In this document: piece by piece, positions 44,601 through 57,600 of the stretch
Numbering within the stretch: the first letter of the stretch is position 1
Layout: the number at the start of each line of letters is the position of its first letter
DNA from: Vitiosangium sp. GDMCC 1.1324
GTDB taxonomy: Bacteria; Myxococcota; Myxococcia; Myxococcales; Myxococcaceae
Assembly (NCBI RefSeq): GCF_003044305.1
Contig: NZ_PZOX01000005.1
Location: 259,493-323,492, forward strand
Length of the DNA stretch: 64,000 nucleotides
Reading direction: 5' to 3'
Program-made: the position numbers and the translations under genes
Notes under the pieces: model-generated
The model's input: the letters and a program-made list of their open reading frames with translations, nothing else
Database searches by the model: none
What the model was told of the DNA's origin: nothing

Positions 44601-47600
44601 TCGGCGGCCTGGCGCGCGGCGGAACGGAGGGCGGCATCGCCCGGGGCCAGGCGCAGGGCCCGGGCGAGCGAGGCGAAGGCCAGCTCCGGCTGCCGCAGCT
44701 GCGTCAGGTGCACCTGCGCGGCCTGACGAAGCGCCAGCACCCGGGCGGAGTCGTCACGCGCCACCTCGGCGAGCACGTCCAGCGCCGCCACCAGCTTGCG
44801 GTGATCCTTGGTGGCCTCGTAGGCGGGGATGAGCGCTCGGGCGGCCTCCTCGCGTGCGGTGCCAGAGGAGAGCATGCCCTCGAGCGCGGTACGGGCGTTC
44901 GTGTCGGAGGGGCGCTGGCGGAGGATGTCCGCGAAGCTGCGCACCACGTCGGTGCGGTCCCCGGACGAGTCCTGCAGCACCTGCGCGCGCTTGAGCGTCA
45001 GGCGCGCCACCCGGTCCAGGTCACCCGCGTCCTCCGCGAGCGCGATCTGCCGCGCGAGCACCTCGCCCAGCTCAGTCTTGCGGCCGGCCTTCTCGTACAA
45101 CTCGGCCAGACGAGGCAGGTGACGCACCTCGTCCGCGCCAGAGTTGATGGCGGCCTGGAGCGCCTCGGCGGCCTGCAGGGGCCGGCCCAGTCCGGCGTTG
45201 AGCTCCACGAGCTGCATCTGCAGCTCCACCTTCTCCGCCTTCGTGGCCGTCAGGATGCGCTTGCGCAACAGCGCGTCCGCATCCGCCGCCCGCCCCGCCT
45301 TGCCGTAGAGCTGGATGAGCCGGCCGAGCACCTCGGGCGACTCGGGCAGCCGCTGCAGCGCTGCCTCCAGCGAGCCGATGGCCTCCGGAAGCGCCCCGGA
45401 CTCCTCGGCCAGCTTCGCCGCCTCGGAGAGCAGTTGCACCGCGAGCTCCGGCGCCTCGGCCTCGGTGGCCAGAGCCCGCAGCACGCGCACCAGCTCGGCG
45501 TGAGCGGACAGGTCGTGTGCCAGACGCGCCGCCTCGGCGCGGTTCTCTTCGTCCGTGGGGGCCTCGCGCAAGGCCTTCACGCGCAGGTCGAAGGCGGCCC
45601 GGCCATCGGCGAGCTGCTTCTCGTGGGTGTCGGCGATCTGGCCGTACAGGCGCTGGCGCGCCGCCGCGTCCTTCGTGGCCTCGAGCTGCTGCAGCATCGC
45701 GGACACCTGGCGCTGGTGGTCACCATTGCGTCCGTAATGGCTGGCGAGCGCCTCGGTGATCTCCGCCGTGCGCACACCGGCCGCCGCGAGCCGCTCGAGC
45801 CCGCCCAGCACCACGCCCGTGGCGACGTTCTCCGCGAGCAGTTGCAGGAACAGGCCCGCCGCCTCCTGCGGACGGTTGAGGCGCTCGGCGAACAAACGGG
45901 CCTGACGCGCCGCCCAGTCGCTGCGCTCCACCTGCGTCTCGGCCAGCTTCGCCAGCTTCCCGGCCAGCGCCGCGGCCTCCTCGAACTTGGACAGCGCCAC
46001 GCACAGCGCCTGCAGGCGCCGCACGGGAGAGGGATCCTCGGGAGCCAGCTTCACCAGCTCGCGCACCATCGGCTCCAGCTCGGCCGGAGTCGCACCGGAG
46101 GCCTCGCGCCGGACGATCTCTCCCTCCAGGCGCACCTTCGGATCATCCGCGAGCGCGGCGGCGGACCGGAGCGACTTCACCGCCTCCTGCGCGGCGCCGT
46201 CACCCGGAGCACGGGCGAGCACTTCCTTCCAGGCCGCCTCGGCGCCCGCGGGGTCCGCCAGCGTCCCCTGGAGGAGTTGCGCGAGGTGCCGCCAGAGCGG
46301 GAGGGCCGCCTCGGGAGGAGCGACCGTGGCCGCGCGACGCAGCGCCACCGCGAGCGCCGGCTCCGCGTGGGCCTTGCTCGCGTGCTCCACCACCGAGTCG
46401 AGCAGCATGGGCCGGCCGGGCTCCAGCACCAGGGCGCGCGCGAGGACCTCGAAGGCCCCTCGGGCGTTGTCCGCCTCCTCGTAGAGGAGCGCGAGCCCCT
46501 CGCAGAAGGCCACGCGCTCGGCGCGCGGGCGCGGGGCGAGCAGCGCCAGATCCAGCAGTGGCTCCAGCGCCTCGAAGTTCTCCTCCTCCACCAGGAGGCG
46601 GGCGAGCTGGAAGGCCGCGAGTGCATTGGCCGGGTCCAGCTTGAGCGCGGCTTCGAGGTGCCCGCGCGCCGCGCCTCCATCGTTCTGCTGCAGGCAGAGG
46701 TCCGCCAGCCGCAGCCGCAGGGCCACCTGGGTCACGCGGTCCTTCACCGTGCCGAGGTAGCGCTCCAGCATCGCGAGGGCGTCCGCCGGGCGGCCCTGCT
46801 CCAACAGCAACTCGGCGCCGAGCGTCGCCACGTCCGCGCGCGCGGCATCCACGGAGGTGGCCTTCTCGAAGGCGGCGAGCGCCCCGGCCGCGTCGTTGAG
46901 CCGGGTGAGGCGCAGGGTGCCCAACCGCAGCCACAGGTCCACCTGGGCATTGCGCTCGCGCGCCTCGCCCGCCAGCGCCTCGTACCAGGCCTGCGCCGGA
47001 GCGAAGTCACCGTTGCGCTCGGCAACGCGCTCGATGAGGTTGAGGGCCTCGGGCATGCCGGGCCACAGCAGGAAGCAGCGGTCCAGCGCCTCCTTCACCT
47101 TGTCCGTGGCGGTCGGCTCGTACCAGGCATGCAGCTTGGCCACCAGGAGGGACAGCCGCGCCGCGCTCTTGCGGTCACGCTCCTCCAGGGACATGCCGCG
47201 CAGCATGCGGGCGCGCTCGCGCCACGACTGCTCGAAGCGCTGCATCGTCTGCGTGGCCTTCTCCACCCGGGCGTTCTTCGGATCCAACTCCCGCGCCACG
47301 TCCAGCGCCTGCTGGGCGAGCACGTGCTCGGTGGGATCCTCCACGAGCCGCTCGGCGAAGACGACGTACTCCTCCACCATGCCCTCGCCGCCGAGCGCGG
47401 CACGCTCGCGCTCCAGCGACTCGAAGACGGGCTGGAAGCGCTCCTCGGCCATGAGGAGCTGGCGCGCGCGCTTGAAGGTGGCGCGCTCGGGCTTCGCACG
47501 CGCGGCCCGCTGCAGGCACAGCACCGCGCGGTCGCGCCGGAACAGCTTCTGCTCGTGGAGGTTCGCCGCCTTCATGAAGCAGGACGCGGCCTCGTCCCCC

Positions 47601-47953
47601 TTGCTCAGGGCGCCGAGCCGCTCCAGCACGTCGACGAGCGCGGCCATGTCCTGGCGCGCCTCGTAGACGATCCTCAGTCCGCGAAGGACGGGCCGCGGGT
47701 CCTCGGCGATCAGCAGCGCGCGCCGCAGAAGCTCTTCCGAACGAGCCGGATTGCGCAGCCGCTCGTAGGCGAGCTGCCCCGCGCGCACCAGCACCCGCAC
47801 CGCCTCGGCGGTGGGAGTCTCGCGCGCGCGTCCCTCGTACAGGCGGATGAGTTCCTCGACGCGCCCTGCCTTCTCGAGCGCGGCCTCGACCTCAGCGAAA
47901 GGCCGGTCGGACACGACACGCTCGGCGGGTCGACGGAGGTTCGGCTGGTCCAT
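35687..47953 (-). CDS. gltI: Giant TPR-repeat protein, GltI/AgmK-like (about 4088 aa)
   Basis: Continuous 12.3-kb ORF made entirely of TPR-like helical repeats, lying between gltJ-like and gltH-like genes as in the Myxococcus G1 cluster. Exact start not certain. Confidence 0.75.
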   Translation of the reverse strand: MDQPNLRRPAERVVSDRPFAEVEAALEKAGRVEELIRLYEGRARETPTAEAVRVLVRAGQLAYERLRNPARSEELLRRALLIAEDPRPVLRGLRIVYEARQDMAALVDVLERLGALSKGDEAASCFMKAANLHEQKLFRRDRAVLCLQRAARAKPERATFKRARQLLMAEERFQPVFESLERERAALGGEGMVEEYVVFAERLVEDPTEHVLAQQALDVARELDPKNARVEKATQTMQRFEQSWRERARMLRGMSLEERDRKSAARLSLLVAKLHAWYEPTATDKVKEALDRCFLLWPGMPEALNLIERVAERNGDFAPAQAWYEALAGEARERNAQVDLWLRLGTLRLTRLNDAAGALAAFEKATSVDAARADVATLGAELLLEQGRPADALAMLERYLGTVKDRVTQVALRLRLADLCLQQNDGGAARGHLEAALKLDPANALAAFQLARLLVEEENFEALEPLLDLALLAPRPRAERVAFCEGLALLYEEADNARGAFEVLARALVLEPGRPMLLDSVVEHASKAHAEPALAVALRRAATVAPPEAALPLWRHLAQLLQGTLADPAGAEAAWKEVLARAPGDGAAQEAVKSLRSAAALADDPKVRLEGEIVRREASGATPAELEPMVRELVKLAPEDPSPVRRLQALCVALSKFEEAAALAGKLAKLAETQVERSDWAARQARLFAERLNRPQEAAGLFLQLLAENVATGVVLGGLERLAAAGVRTAEITEALASHYGRNGDHQRQVSAMLQQLEATKDAAARQRLYGQIADTHEKQLADGRAAFDLRVKALREAPTDEENRAEAARLAHDLSAHAELVRVLRALATEAEAPELAVQLLSEAAKLAEESGALPEAIGSLEAALQRLPESPEVLGRLIQLYGKAGRAADADALLRKRILTATKAEKVELQMQLVELNAGLGRPLQAAEALQAAINSGADEVRHLPRLAELYEKAGRKTELGEVLARQIALAEDAGDLDRVARLTLKRAQVLQDSSGDRTDVVRSFADILRQRPSDTNARTALEGMLSSGTAREEAARALIPAYEATKDHRKLVAALDVLAEVARDDSARVLALRQAAQVHLTQLRQPELAFASLARALRLAPGDAALRSAARQAAEDADSLDAYAEILIELTEEGGSHPARAGLLRELAEVQEKKLDDRGAAVKALRSLLELEPGNLDCLRALQRLHRAGEEWAALAEVLEKLAAAAPELAEQLAYLREAALLHESKLEDLESAAAAWRAIAERDPLQREAAVALDRLYGELNRPKELAWALGLRRTQEGQSPQGREVSFRLAELLRTRLDDPNAALQLYQGILSEDPGHPGARSALEEWVKAAVPMSAGALDVLDPVLARLGDHARRVSLREARMESALSVEKAQLAADIRRIYEQDMHQPSLAFMAAVKAFSQGVDRQGLQVELERLARETGSHEMLAELYEEAASDLPAGDPSGLGLLRRSAELREQLGQTEEAASVWKKILEDAPQDRQALEALSRLYERGQNAKSLSEVYAAQSALAKDPEARRALLVKAGEAHAAAGDDAKAIETWRSALAIRKASDGLLALDKLFAKTRRFVEQADVLDQLAELSTDNESRRGFILRRAQLLEKENSHAEALSAYRDLMALAPADPQAVAGLERMLQLEAQRAEAARLLDPVYRGLNDTRKLVEVLEILLPGTQPVQRLERIQEIATLREALGQTSLAFVARLRAFNEAPQDANVRDDLERLAADSGSFEEVAAAYEDELERGATEPLAGDLWRRLAGIYDGRLKRYDLAVRALEEVSRRDPQNKQVLESIARVHRRTGAHRELGLVMRRQVSAEPSVAAQVNLLFELAHLAEETLADKALAAQTYREILERRPEDANALKLLGRVLTQMERWPELAQHIEREIQLTDARNAQEEGSDLRVRLGRLKFSRLDDPRGALDLYQDVLRRRAGHAGAVGALEEMARSDSPLRGQAALALEPVFTAVGDHLKQVQMLESRVSAEPVPQERAALLRRIAETYAGPLDNVEMAFLSATRALRDMPDDPRTLELCLSLVDKAGAAEEFAAVLSEIAPRAGDTARAELYRALARLQARLGEDDEALASWRRVLTLRPTDTDALDSVARLVADSGTPQELLEVLRRQLASAEEPARRASVLLQIAVLQEEKLKDGLGALATLRRLLDVKPDDAAALTRMDGLCQKLERWPEMADVLARRIALVSPEEGLELKFRLAVLRETKLLDKAGALALYGEVLSLQPNHAGAVGRLEALVAREPQNLLAVETLLRAFRASGDVARLASLIETRVGVSPDAHERKTLLSELATLREAQGEPELTFLALFRSFKEDPNDGELRQRLENATDAAGSYDELVVAYEESLPRVAEARDAAEMCLKLGQIFESRLQEPERAVIYYERARTLNPSDQQKSLAALDRLYITLEAWPELANVLEALASTAEETADKVGFLFRLGQLIQEKLDGMDRAASAFEQVLALEPGHLASARLLENIYDSAGAHDKLYAILKLQSERVTGPERERVLTRMAQVSAEGLDDLDRSIELYRELLAKNARNEQAFTALEALYERAGRYEELRTLLADRLAQTLDPREVVRLNERLGRVLYRLLKQPAAAVSYLKAALDRDARHRGVLDTLRELYEETEQAEELVGILRRLVPLQESAEGVKVLRLRLAEVLAGMSRREEALDAARRALEVEPHSVVELDRVHALFVSLRAYNDAVRALELKVQVHQQAEEREQAVATWFAVADLWAGVGGKPELSAGALEKVLELDPANRTAYERASEIYRASNDWRAYAQVVDRYLPHLVTDEEKLATLKELARVQEERLGQKDVAFLALCRALQIDASDDLLREEVERLADETGSHEELAAVYEEVADALPRGPLAERMYATLARVHDLKLDDAQAAEAALRKILEFDPTNVTALDGLAGMFQRRGREREYVVALEQKIEAAGSIEARKSILREIARVRDEQGDPDEAASALLRALDLEPDAETLGVLVALYRRQKAWREVASTLLRARDLAATVEERARIQVEVADVYERDIGDDEAAVAAFRQALEFEPYNLQALESLERLHTKLDQPADLLAIYERMLEVVSDYRERVRVMFRCASIWEDKYQNPANADVFIEGVLAIDPQNLQAIKTLIRLRRMQGRWEDLIVAYERQLQLATSPQEQADLYVEIGNVYHQQLKQVDRAVNTYHQAQAVDPTSRPALHALGKLYERSGNWPYALEMLQQEAQLAGPVPEAVELYYRMGKMQEDMLMDTGSARSAYQQALAIDPGHLPSIRALKGIQEQEKDWGGYEQTLLQEAQQTEDAEAKARALLEVARYNAETKGDPDTATAYYEETLKYAPDCLEAARPLSDVYSAREDWVAAERMLDIVVRKMAEKAIAEKDSALAADLCRQLYRLGYVADKLGRRDKALESYKKAYDLDATYLPVLEGYGHLLVQHAKRYEDALRIFQTILIHHREELTDMEVVEVYWQLGDIHAKLNQLDRAQNHFEKALAVDPSHEASLRALVALMDQSGKWERAADLRQQLANVLEGEAKAQVFLELGELAREKLKDPYQAIDAYSGALKIQPESLEVLDALYVLLRETRQGQKAADMLERMLRLPALTSEPNKAKRVWFALGELRRDELRDVEGSAVAFNTALDLDHRFVEAFSSLEAMLGGAGQWKSLEENYAKMIGRMPKTPDTHGARMALWRALGDLYRQVLKSQEGALAAYGVVAKGLPEDAQAQEIYAELAAASPGKEDEAVAALRRALPNTGDPRKVVSQLVRLSALRKDYDGAWMAAQAVSGLLGEAGEDEKEILTKLGPYAKRKEVAQRPLPDRMWQTHLLHPKLRGPFTELMGLLFEQVGHLYAVPFQNYQIVPKKHRIDLASAQEYHVQHYRYVARLFGMDAVELYSPHLVVRRDNLAKRSNEPTPDPRLNVEVLQTHPACVRAGGRFFAEQGQKEAYYLLGRTFALVRPELAFSQRLAPERLEAVVQAALGLVVPNLRFSVDPRLVDAERRVLEKSFSDPARAALAKVARVYLPTATPADVRQYLEGVELTAARAGLFAAGECEPVKRMVLEETGSSFRVSPKVKQKELLLFATSDELRELRVAVGTDVEVQVRK

Positions 47954-48053
47954 GTAAGGCGGGCCTCGCGAAAAGGAAGGGGGCGGGAGAGCGGGACTCT
48001 ATCGCCCGCTCACCGCCCCCAGCAATCCCGCAAATCCCGCCAACTGTCGAGAT

Positions 48054-50084
48054 TTATTGGCTTTCTCGCTCGTTTGCAGCGGGAGCGGACGAGCCTCCCT
48101 CAGAGCCCTTCTGGTCCTCGGAGCCAATCTCTTCGGCCTCTTCCGCGGCCGCAGCGGCATCCGCGGGCTTCTTGGGCGGAGGGGTGGCGGGCAGGGTCTG
48201 GGCCCGCTGCACGCCCGCGTTGTCGCCCAGCTTCGTGTACAGGTCGATGGCCCTGTCACGCAGCTGAAGCTCCTCGGCCAGGGCCGCGGCCTTCGGCAGG
48301 TGGCCGATCTGCTCATACAGCCCCAGGGCCTTCTCCTTGCGGCCGATCTCCTCGTAGAGCGCCGCCGCGGTGGCGGACTCCCCGAGCAGCTCCAGCCACC
48401 GGGCGCGGCCGGCGGGCTTGTTCTCCGCCTCGGCGCGGGCGAGCTCCTTCTGCGCGAGCGTCTTGGCCTCCTCCTCCAGCTTCAGCCGCTGGAGGAAGTG
48501 GAAGGCCTTGGGCGGCGGCAGGGTGCCGAGCACGTCCACCGCCTCCTGGCGGCGGCCGGCGTTCACCAGCAGGGTGGCCGCACCGAGCCGATCTCCACGC
48601 TCCACCAGGGCCTTCACTTCCAGGTCCCGGATGCGGTTGGCCGCCGCGAAGTCGCGGGTGCGCTCGTACGCCTTGCGCGCGAGGGACAGCTTCCCGGCGC
48701 GCTCGTAGGCGAGTGCCGCCTGGTCGAACTGACGGGCGCGCTCGTACAGCCGGGCGACGTTCTCGAAGTCGCCCTTGCCGATGTAGAGCTCCATCAGCAG
48801 CTCATAGGCACCGGCCTTCTCGAGCACCTGGGCGAGCTGCTCGGGGGGCACCGTGGCCATGAGGCGGCGGGCGATGTCGTTCTCCTTGCCCTCCAGCGCG
48901 GCGCGCAGCGCGCTCCGCACATCCCCACCGGCCTCGAAGAGCCGGGCGGCCTCGGCGAAGGACTTGTTGCGCTCGTGCATGCGCGCCGCGTCACGCGTAC
49001 GGCCCATGCCCTCGAGCTGCTTCGCCTGCTCCTTCCAGTCCCCCGTCAGCTCGGGCAGGGGCTGCCGGCGCTCGCGCTCGCCCCGCTCACGGCCCTCGCG
49101 GCGCTCACCCTCGGGAGCACGCTCCCGACGCTCGCCACGCTCACGGCGCTCTCCCCGCTCACCCTCGCGGCCTTCACGACGCTCGCCACGCTCACGACCC
49201 TCGCGGCGCTCTCCCCGCTCACGACCCTCGCGGCGCTCTCCCTCACGGCGCTCACCCGCGGGACGGGCGGCGGGCTCCTCGCGCTCGGCCTGCGGCTCGC
49301 GTCCGCTCAGCGAGAAGGCGGCCGTGGCACGCTCTGGATCGCCAGCGGCGCGCCAGGCGCGGCCCACCAGGTACATGACGTCCACGTAGGCGACGATCTT
49401 CTCCTTCGCCGGATCCGCCGCCGGAGCCTCGACCGGAGCACCGGTGGACACGTCTTCCCCCGTGGCGACACCGGACGCCGCCTCACGGTCGGCGAGCGGA
49501 GCCGTCTCGGCGATCTCCTTCGTGACGGCGGGCGAGCCCTCGCTGATGCCCACGTCCGTCTCCCCGGGCACGTTGCCCGGAGTCCCCGGAGGCGTCAGCG
49601 TGGACACGGCCACCACGCCGGTGGCGCCCACGGCCGAACCGGCCTCACCCGCGGCAGAAGGAGCCGCGGGGGCCAGGGGCCACGTCGAGCCCTCGGGCAG
49701 GGGCGGACGGGTCTGGCGCTGCACGCGCAGCAGCGTGGTGATGAGCCGGCCCCTCACGTTGAGATCCAGCTCCTCGAGCGACTTCACCCGCATGGACCGC
49801 AGCGAGCGGACGATCGCCTCGAGCGGCTGCTTCTCGGCGCCGAGGTCGGACTTGCCCAGCGCCTTCTCCAAGGTGCTCAGCTCGGCGATGACGCGCTGGC
49901 CGGGACCGACAGGCCCTTCCGCACGATCACGACCCCGGCCTCGCCCGGGACCATCACCCCGGCCACGACCCCCGTCGCGACCACCAAAACCACCCGGACC
50001 GTCACGGCGCGGACCCTGGCCGGGCGCACCGCCCTCCCGGCCCCGCCCACCGCGCGGCCCACCGCTTCCATTCTCCTGAGGCAC
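48054..50084 (-). CDS. TPR-like repeat protein with Gly/Arg-rich N-terminus and an internal (G)ERREGRERG tandem repeat; hypothetical G1-cluster member
   Basis: 676 aa. C-terminal half has TPR-like AxxYxxxG repeats. Sits between gltI and gltH. Confidence 0.55.
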   Translation of the reverse strand: MPQENGSGGPRGGRGREGGAPGQGPRRDGPGGFGGRDGGRGRGDGPGRGRGRDRAEGPVGPGQRVIAELSTLEKALGKSDLGAEKQPLEAIVRSLRSMRVKSLEELDLNVRGRLITTLLRVQRQTRPPLPEGSTWPLAPAAPSAAGEAGSAVGATGVVAVSTLTPPGTPGNVPGETDVGISEGSPAVTKEIAETAPLADREAASGVATGEDVSTGAPVEAPAADPAKEKIVAYVDVMYLVGRAWRAAGDPERATAAFSLSGREPQAEREEPAARPAGERREGERREGRERGERREGRERGERREGREGERGERRERGERRERAPEGERREGRERGERERRQPLPELTGDWKEQAKQLEGMGRTRDAARMHERNKSFAEAARLFEAGGDVRSALRAALEGKENDIARRLMATVPPEQLAQVLEKAGAYELLMELYIGKGDFENVARLYERARQFDQAALAYERAGKLSLARKAYERTRDFAAANRIRDLEVKALVERGDRLGAATLLVNAGRRQEAVDVLGTLPPPKAFHFLQRLKLEEEAKTLAQKELARAEAENKPAGRARWLELLGESATAAALYEEIGRKEKALGLYEQIGHLPKAAALAEELQLRDRAIDLYTKLGDNAGVQRAQTLPATPPPKKPADAAAAAEEAEEIGSEDQKGSEGGSSAPAANERESQ
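49080..49265. repeat. Imperfect 15-18-nt tandem DNA repeat (CTCGCGGCGCTCTCCCCGCTCACG-like) encoding the ERREGRERG peptide repeat
   Basis: Directly visible periodicity in the sequence and in the translated ORF. Confidence 0.5.
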
Positions 50085-50096
50085 GTGTTTCTCCCG

Positions 50097-50711
50097 CTAG
50101 AACGCGTAGCGAAGGTTCGGCGTCACCGCGAACCCGAATGACTGAGACTTGACGAAGAGGCTCCCCGTCACCTCGACACCCACCGAGAAGTGGCGAAGGC
50201 GTGTGTAGTACTCCAGTCCCGGTCCGGCGAATACCAGAATGTCGGAGTCAGGCAGGAGCTGCTTCGGCCTGAAGATGGCGTAGCCGGCCCCGCCGCGGAC
50301 ATAGAGCCACGTCCGCTTGACGTCCTGGGAATCGGCGAAGCCCACGAGGTGGACACGGGCCAGCGCGCCGGGCACCAGCGTGGAGAAGTCTCCAGAGGCC
50401 GCGCCTCCCGAGTTCCCCACGTAGTCCGAACCGGCCCGGTTGGAGGCCCCCATCAGGAAGGCGCCAATGGACAGGCGCTCGCCAATGTCCACGCCCACCT
50501 CCACCTGGGCCATCTGTCCAGGAGAGAAGGGCCGCGGACCCGAGGAGGCCGGGGGGTTCACGATGAAGAAGGGGCCACCGAGCACAGAGAAGTAGAGGCC
50601 GCGCTCGATCTCCTCGAAGGTCTCGGCCGGCCTGTCACCGGCGGCCTGCGCGTTGGCGAGCGCGGGGAGAGCCAGTGCGGCGCAAAAGACAAATGGGCGG
50701 AGGGCTTTCAT
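50097..50711 (-). CDS. gltH: Outer-membrane beta-barrel (OmpA/porin-like) protein, GltH/AgmO-like
   Basis: Signal peptide MKALRPFVFCAALALPALANAQA (start ATG 50711). Alternating amphipathic beta strands; C-terminal NLRYAF ends in an aromatic residue. Confidence 0.6.
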   Translation of the reverse strand: MKALRPFVFCAALALPALANAQAAGDRPAETFEEIERGLYFSVLGGPFFIVNPPASSGPRPFSPGQMAQVEVGVDIGERLSIGAFLMGASNRAGSDYVGNSGGAASGDFSTLVPGALARVHLVGFADSQDVKRTWLYVRGGAGYAIFRPKQLLPDSDILVFAGPGLEYYTRLRHFSVGVEVTGSLFVKSQSFGFAVTPNLRYAF

Positions 50712-50823
50712 GCGGGGGCGGACGTTAGCCCAGGAGCACGGAGACGCCAGCGCCAAAAAGCAAGATGGGCGGCCCCGCCGAAGCGGAACCGCCCACCTGA
50801 ACGTTTTCACTCAGCGGGAGCGA

Positions 50824-52743
<1,920 letters not shown>

Positions 52744-52812
52744 GGAAATTCCCCAGTTGGGTTTCGGCGATCTCTAGGACAACGCGGGCGTCGGTGGGTT
52801 CCCAACGATTTT

Positions 52813-53091
52813 TCAGAGCTCTCCCACCGACTGCATCACCTTGTCCTCGAAGTCCTCGCGGACGCGGATCAGGTTGGAGTGCTGGACCTTCTTGCGCGCC
52901 TCGACGTACTCGCCGTCCGGCTTGGTGAGGTCGCCCTCGATGGTGTCGTCCTCGAAGTCGATGGTCTGCGGGCCCTTCTGGCCCTTGCCACCACCACCCG
53001 ACTCCTTGCGCACGGGCGCGCTCTCACCCTCATCCTGGGCAAGCGCCGGGCCCACGGCGAACACCACGCACAACATCAGGAGCTTCCGCAT
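52813..53091 (-). CDS. gltF: Small secreted protein (GltF-like position)
   Basis: Signal peptide MRKLLMLCVVFAVGPALAQ. About 92 aa; its position between gltE and gltG matches the G1 cluster. Confidence 0.45.
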   Translation of the reverse strand: MRKLLMLCVVFAVGPALAQDEGESAPVRKESGGGGKGQKGPQTIDFEDDTIEGDLTKPDGEYVEARKKVQHSNLIRVREDFEDKVMQSVGEL

Positions 53092-53208
53092 GACTGCCTC
53101 CGAGCGGTTCCCCCCACCGGGGTTCCGCATTACGTCCGCCATCGCCGGATTCCGGCGCCAGCGGACGAAGGTTCGCATCAATCCCCCCACCCTCGCCACT
53201 GCCACCTG

Positions 53209-54696
53209 CTAGAAGAGCTCGTCCGACGGCTCGTTGGAATCCGTCTTGGCTGGATTCTTCTGCTGGGGCGCGTTGGCCGGCTGCTTCGGCTGAGCCGGAG
53301 CGGGCGGCGGGTTGGCGGCGGGCTGCTGAGTGGCACCCGCGGGCTGAGTGGCACCTGCGGGCTGGGTGGCGCCGGCAGGCTGAGCCGGAGCCGGGGCGTT
53401 GGTGCCCGTGGCGGGTACCGCGCCCTGCTTGCCCTCCTCGGCCTTCATCAGCTCCTGCTGCTGCTTCTGGAGCTCCTCGAGCTTCTTGGCCTGCTCCTCC
53501 TGGAGCTGGGCTTCCTTCTGGGCCTGGACGATGGACTCCGCCTCGCGCAGCAGCCCGAAGATGGGGTGCTCGGCGTTGAGGGCCACCTCGCCACCAGAGA
53601 GGGCGATGTACTTGCGGTACAGCTCGATGGCCCGGTCCGGAGCGCCCTTGTTGCGGTGCAGGAGGACGCCACGGTTGAAGTAGATGGCGGCCATCTTCGG
53701 ATCGAGCTTCTCCGCCTCGTCGTACTCCTGCATGGCCTTGTCGAACTGGCCCTGGCCCTTGTAGGCGATGCCGAGATCGAGGTGCGCGGCGGCGTTCTTG
53801 CTGTCGGCCTGGAGGATGCGGCGCAGGTGCGCCTCGGCCGTGGGGTAGTTCTCCACCTCGAGCGCCAGCTGCGCCAGCATCACGTGCGAGGGCACGTAGT
53901 CGGCGCGGGCCTCGACGGCGCGCTTGAACTCGGCACGGGCCTCGTCCTTCTTCTCCTCCTGCTGGAGGATGAGGCCGATAGTGTGGTGCAGCTCGGGATC
54001 GTTCTGGTCGATCTTGAGCGCGCGCAGCGCCACCAGCTTGGCCATGGCAAGCTGCTTGCGCTCCAGGTAGCTGCGCATCATCACCTTGTAGGCGGTGACG
54101 GACTGGGGCTCGCGCATGAGGGCGGCGCGAGCGAACTCCATCGCCTTGTCGTGGTCGCCGGTCTGCCGGTAGATCTCCGCCAGACGGGCGCGGCTGCTGG
54201 CGTCGTCCGGGTAGATCTTCAGCACGCCCTGGTAGATGGAGACCGCGCCGGCGACGTCGCCCGAGTTCTGGGCGATCACTGCCAAGTTCTCCGAGGCCTG
54301 GCGCAGCGTGGGCTTCTTCTTGAGGGCGGCCTGGTAGCGGGCGACCGCCTCCTGCTGGTTGCCCTGGCGCTCGGCGATGACACCCAGGTTGTACTCGGCC
54401 TCGGCGACGTTCGGATCCGCGTCCAGCGCGGCCTTGAACTTGCGCTCGAGCGACGGGTAGTCGAAGGCGCCGGCCTTCTTCTGGGCATCGAACGCACCGA
54501 GCGCGTCCTCGAAGAGGAGCTTGGCGCGGTTGGAGATGGACACCGGCTCATTGGGCTTGCTGGTCGAGCCCGTCTTGCCACCCGGGGTGTTGGTACCGGT
54601 GCCGGGACCGGCAGCTGTGGTGCTGGTGCAGCCCGCGGCGAACAGCGCCGCGAGCGCGGCCACGAGGAGTGAGCGCGTCATGGGGGTGCGATTCAT
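53209..54696 (-). CDS. gltE: TPR-repeat lipoprotein, GltE/AglT-like
   Basis: Lipobox LFAAGC. Multiple TPR repeats (AEYNLGVI..., AYKVMMRSY...). Its start ATG overlaps the gltD stop (TAATG). Confidence 0.65.
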   Translation of the reverse strand: MNRTPMTRSLLVAALAALFAAGCTSTTAAGPGTGTNTPGGKTGSTSKPNEPVSISNRAKLLFEDALGAFDAQKKAGAFDYPSLERKFKAALDADPNVAEAEYNLGVIAERQGNQQEAVARYQAALKKKPTLRQASENLAVIAQNSGDVAGAVSIYQGVLKIYPDDASSRARLAEIYRQTGDHDKAMEFARAALMREPQSVTAYKVMMRSYLERKQLAMAKLVALRALKIDQNDPELHHTIGLILQQEEKKDEARAEFKRAVEARADYVPSHVMLAQLALEVENYPTAEAHLRRILQADSKNAAAHLDLGIAYKGQGQFDKAMQEYDEAEKLDPKMAAIYFNRGVLLHRNKGAPDRAIELYRKYIALSGGEVALNAEHPIFGLLREAESIVQAQKEAQLQEEQAKKLEELQKQQQELMKAEEGKQGAVPATGTNAPAPAQPAGATQPAGATQPAGATQQPAANPPPAPAQPKQPANAPQQKNPAKTDSNEPSDELF

Positions 54697-57600
54697 TAGA
54701 GGAAGTCCTCCGGCTCCTGCTCATCCGTCCCGGCCTTCTTCGGCGTGCCTTCCTTGGTGGGAGCGGACGGGCCATCGACCTGGGTGGCCGTCTGCTGCTG
54801 GAGCCGCTTGGCCAGATCCGAGACATCCTCGGCCGCTTCCTGGGTCTTGCCCTGATCGGCCGTGGCCGTCTCGACGACGGGCGGCGGCACGTCCTGGATG
54901 GCGGCGAGCACGTCCCCGCCGATGGCCAGATCCCGACCCTTGGAGAGGGCGACCTTCTCCTCGAACATCGTCGGGAACTGCTCCGGGCGGTAGGTGTCAC
55001 GCAGCATCTTCAGACTCTCGGCCGCGCAGTTGTTGAACACGTCCAGCTCCCGGCTCTTGGCCACGGCGTTGGAGAAGGCCTCCGTGGCGCTGTCCTTGAG
55101 GGGCTGGGCCTGGTTGCTGAACTCGTCGCGCAGCGCGTTCTCGGTCTCCTCGTCGATGCCCGGGGGCATGGGCGCGTTGGAGATCTTGTCCGCGAAGTTG
55201 TCGTAGATCTGCCCGATGCGGTTGAGGGCGCAGATGGCGGGCTCGGCCGCGCCGATCTGCACCGTCTGCACGTACTTCTTCTCCACCACGGCGCGCGAGT
55301 CGTTCTTCTCCTTGATGGAGCCCTTGAGCTTGTCCGGGCTGGGCGGACGGCCCCAGGTGAGCTTGAGGCGGGAGTAGAACTGGAAGTCCGGCTCCACGCT
55401 GCGGTACTGGGCACGGCCCACGGCCTCCAGCGCCGGCTTCTCGAGCGACTGCTGGATGCGGCGCGGCAGCTTCTCGTAGTAGTCGAGGATGCGGTTGTAG
55501 AGGCGCTCGGTGTCCTTGGGCTTGCGGACCTTGTTCTCGTAGATGTCGACGATGCGGCCCTCGGCCATGAGGAACTTGCTCGGGCTGCGCATGTACTGGC
55601 GCTCGTACTCCTCGAGCTGGGCGATGGCCTTGTAGAAGTTCCCCATCTTGTCGTGCAGGGTGATGATGGACAGGAGGATGTCCTCGGCGTCCTTGGCCTT
55701 GGGCCACAGCGTCAGGTAGCGCTCGCGCAGAGCCAGTGCCTGCTTGTACTGGGCGAGCCCCTCGCGGTAGGTGGCCGCGTTGAAGAGCGCCACCTGCGCC
55801 TTGGACTCCTCCCACTTCTGAGGCTGACCGGGCTTGTCGGACACCACCACGGCGGCGGCCTTGCCCTTGCCACCCTTGCCCGCCTTGCCCTTCTTGGCGG
55901 CGTGAGCGGGAGCCGCACGGACCACCGCCTTGCCACCACCGGCCAGGCTGGCCTCGTAGCCGCGCACGTACTGCTCGTACACGTCTGCGGACTCCTGGAA
56001 GTCACCAATGGCCTCCAGCGCCTCCGCGTTGTTGTAGATGCACTCGGGCACGAAGCGCGAGGACGGGTACTGCTCGATGATGCGCTGGCGGACCTGGATG
56101 GCCTTATCCAGCATCTTCGCCTTGTAGTAGTCCACCGAGGCGTTGAAGAGCGCCACGTCGGCGATCTCCGTCTGCGGGAAGTCCGCCACGAAGGACAGGT
56201 AGGCCTCGGCCGCCTTGCCGAACTGGTTCTTCGCCTCGAGCTGGCTCACCAGCTTGAAGGCCGACTGCTCGATGACCTTGGAGAGCTCCTCGCGGAACTT
56301 GCCGCTGGCGAGCTTGTCGTTGTTGTAGAAGCGCCGCGCCCACTCGTTCACCTTGGACCAGTCCTCGACCAGGTTGTACGAGTCGAGCACCAGGTTGGCG
56401 GCCACCTCGCCCGCGCGCTCGCCGGTCTCGAACTTGTAGTCCGGGTAGCCCAGCGCGATCTCGCTGAAGCGCAGCACCGCCTCGTCGAAGTGGTTGTGGC
56501 GGTAGTAGATGTTGGCCGCCTTGAAGGCGATCTCCACCCGCTTGTCGCCCTTGGTCACGTACTTGAGGTAGCGCTCGCAGGCCTCCAGCAGGTCCTTCTT
56601 GGCCTGCGGGATGGTGGCCTTCTTGCGGACGTCCTTGGCCTCCTCGGTCTTGAAGAGCCCCTTGGCCTCGGCGTCCTTCACCATCTCGTCATAGGCGAGC
56701 ACGGCGTTGTACGCGGCGTTGTTGAGCCACTTGCCCGGCTTGCCCGGCTTGGGGTTGCCCTTCTCGTCCTTGGCCTCCAGGATCTTCACGTCCTGCAACG
56801 TCACCAGCGTGTAGTTGGCGGCGGCCTTGTCGTACTTCTGCAGGTTGTCGTTGAGCAGTTCCGCCCAGAAGAAGCGCAGGTCGTACGCCTTGGGGTTGTC
56901 CGGGAAGAGCGTGAGGTAGTCCTGGTAGATCATGTCGGCGTAGCCGAACGTGGCCTCCTCGCGCGTCTTCTTCGCCTCGTTGTGCCAGGTGACGGCCAGG
57001 TTGGACAGGGTGCGCTCGGCCAGATCCTTGGCCTCCGCGAGCGCCTTCTTGTCCTTCTCCTCCTTGATGACGCCGGAGCCCTCGACGTCCTTCATGATCT
57101 TCACGAGCCGGCGCACCTGGGTGACGGTGCGATCCTTGTTGCCCATGCGAAGGACGATGTCGACGATGCGGCCCTGGAAGCCCGGAGCCTCGGGCGACAG
57201 GGGCTTCTCCTTGATGAGGGAGTTGTAGGTGATGGCCGCCTCGCGGTCCTTACCATCGCCGTAGTACATGTTCGCCAGGGTCCGCATCATCGCGAACCGG
57301 TCATCCGGATTGGTGGCGACCTTGGAGAAGTCCTCGCGGGCGAGCATCACGTCGCCCTCGCGCGCATAGGCGCGGACGTAGTCGGTGCGAGCCTCGCGAA
57401 CCAGCGAGCTGCCCTTCTTGCCCTTGCCGTCCTTCTCCACGTTCTTCTCGCCGGCCAGCTCGCCGTAGAGCACCACCGCCTTCCACTTGTCCTTGGCGTT
57501 CGGATAGTCGGCGAGGTTGAAGTAGCACCAGCCCTGCTTGTAGAGCGCGAAGGCGTACACCTGGCTCTCGGGGAACTCGGCGGCCTTCTTGTAGGCGGCG

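Noticed and set aside
39890-48862. 2990-aa + strand ORF, plus other long + strand ORFs (36224-39877, 50653-54672, 54669-58586, 33487-35583)
   Set aside because: They are antisense to the gltI/gltD/gltJ genes. High GC3 suppresses stop codons on the opposite strand. Products are Arg/Leu/Gly/Ala-rich low complexity with no motifs.
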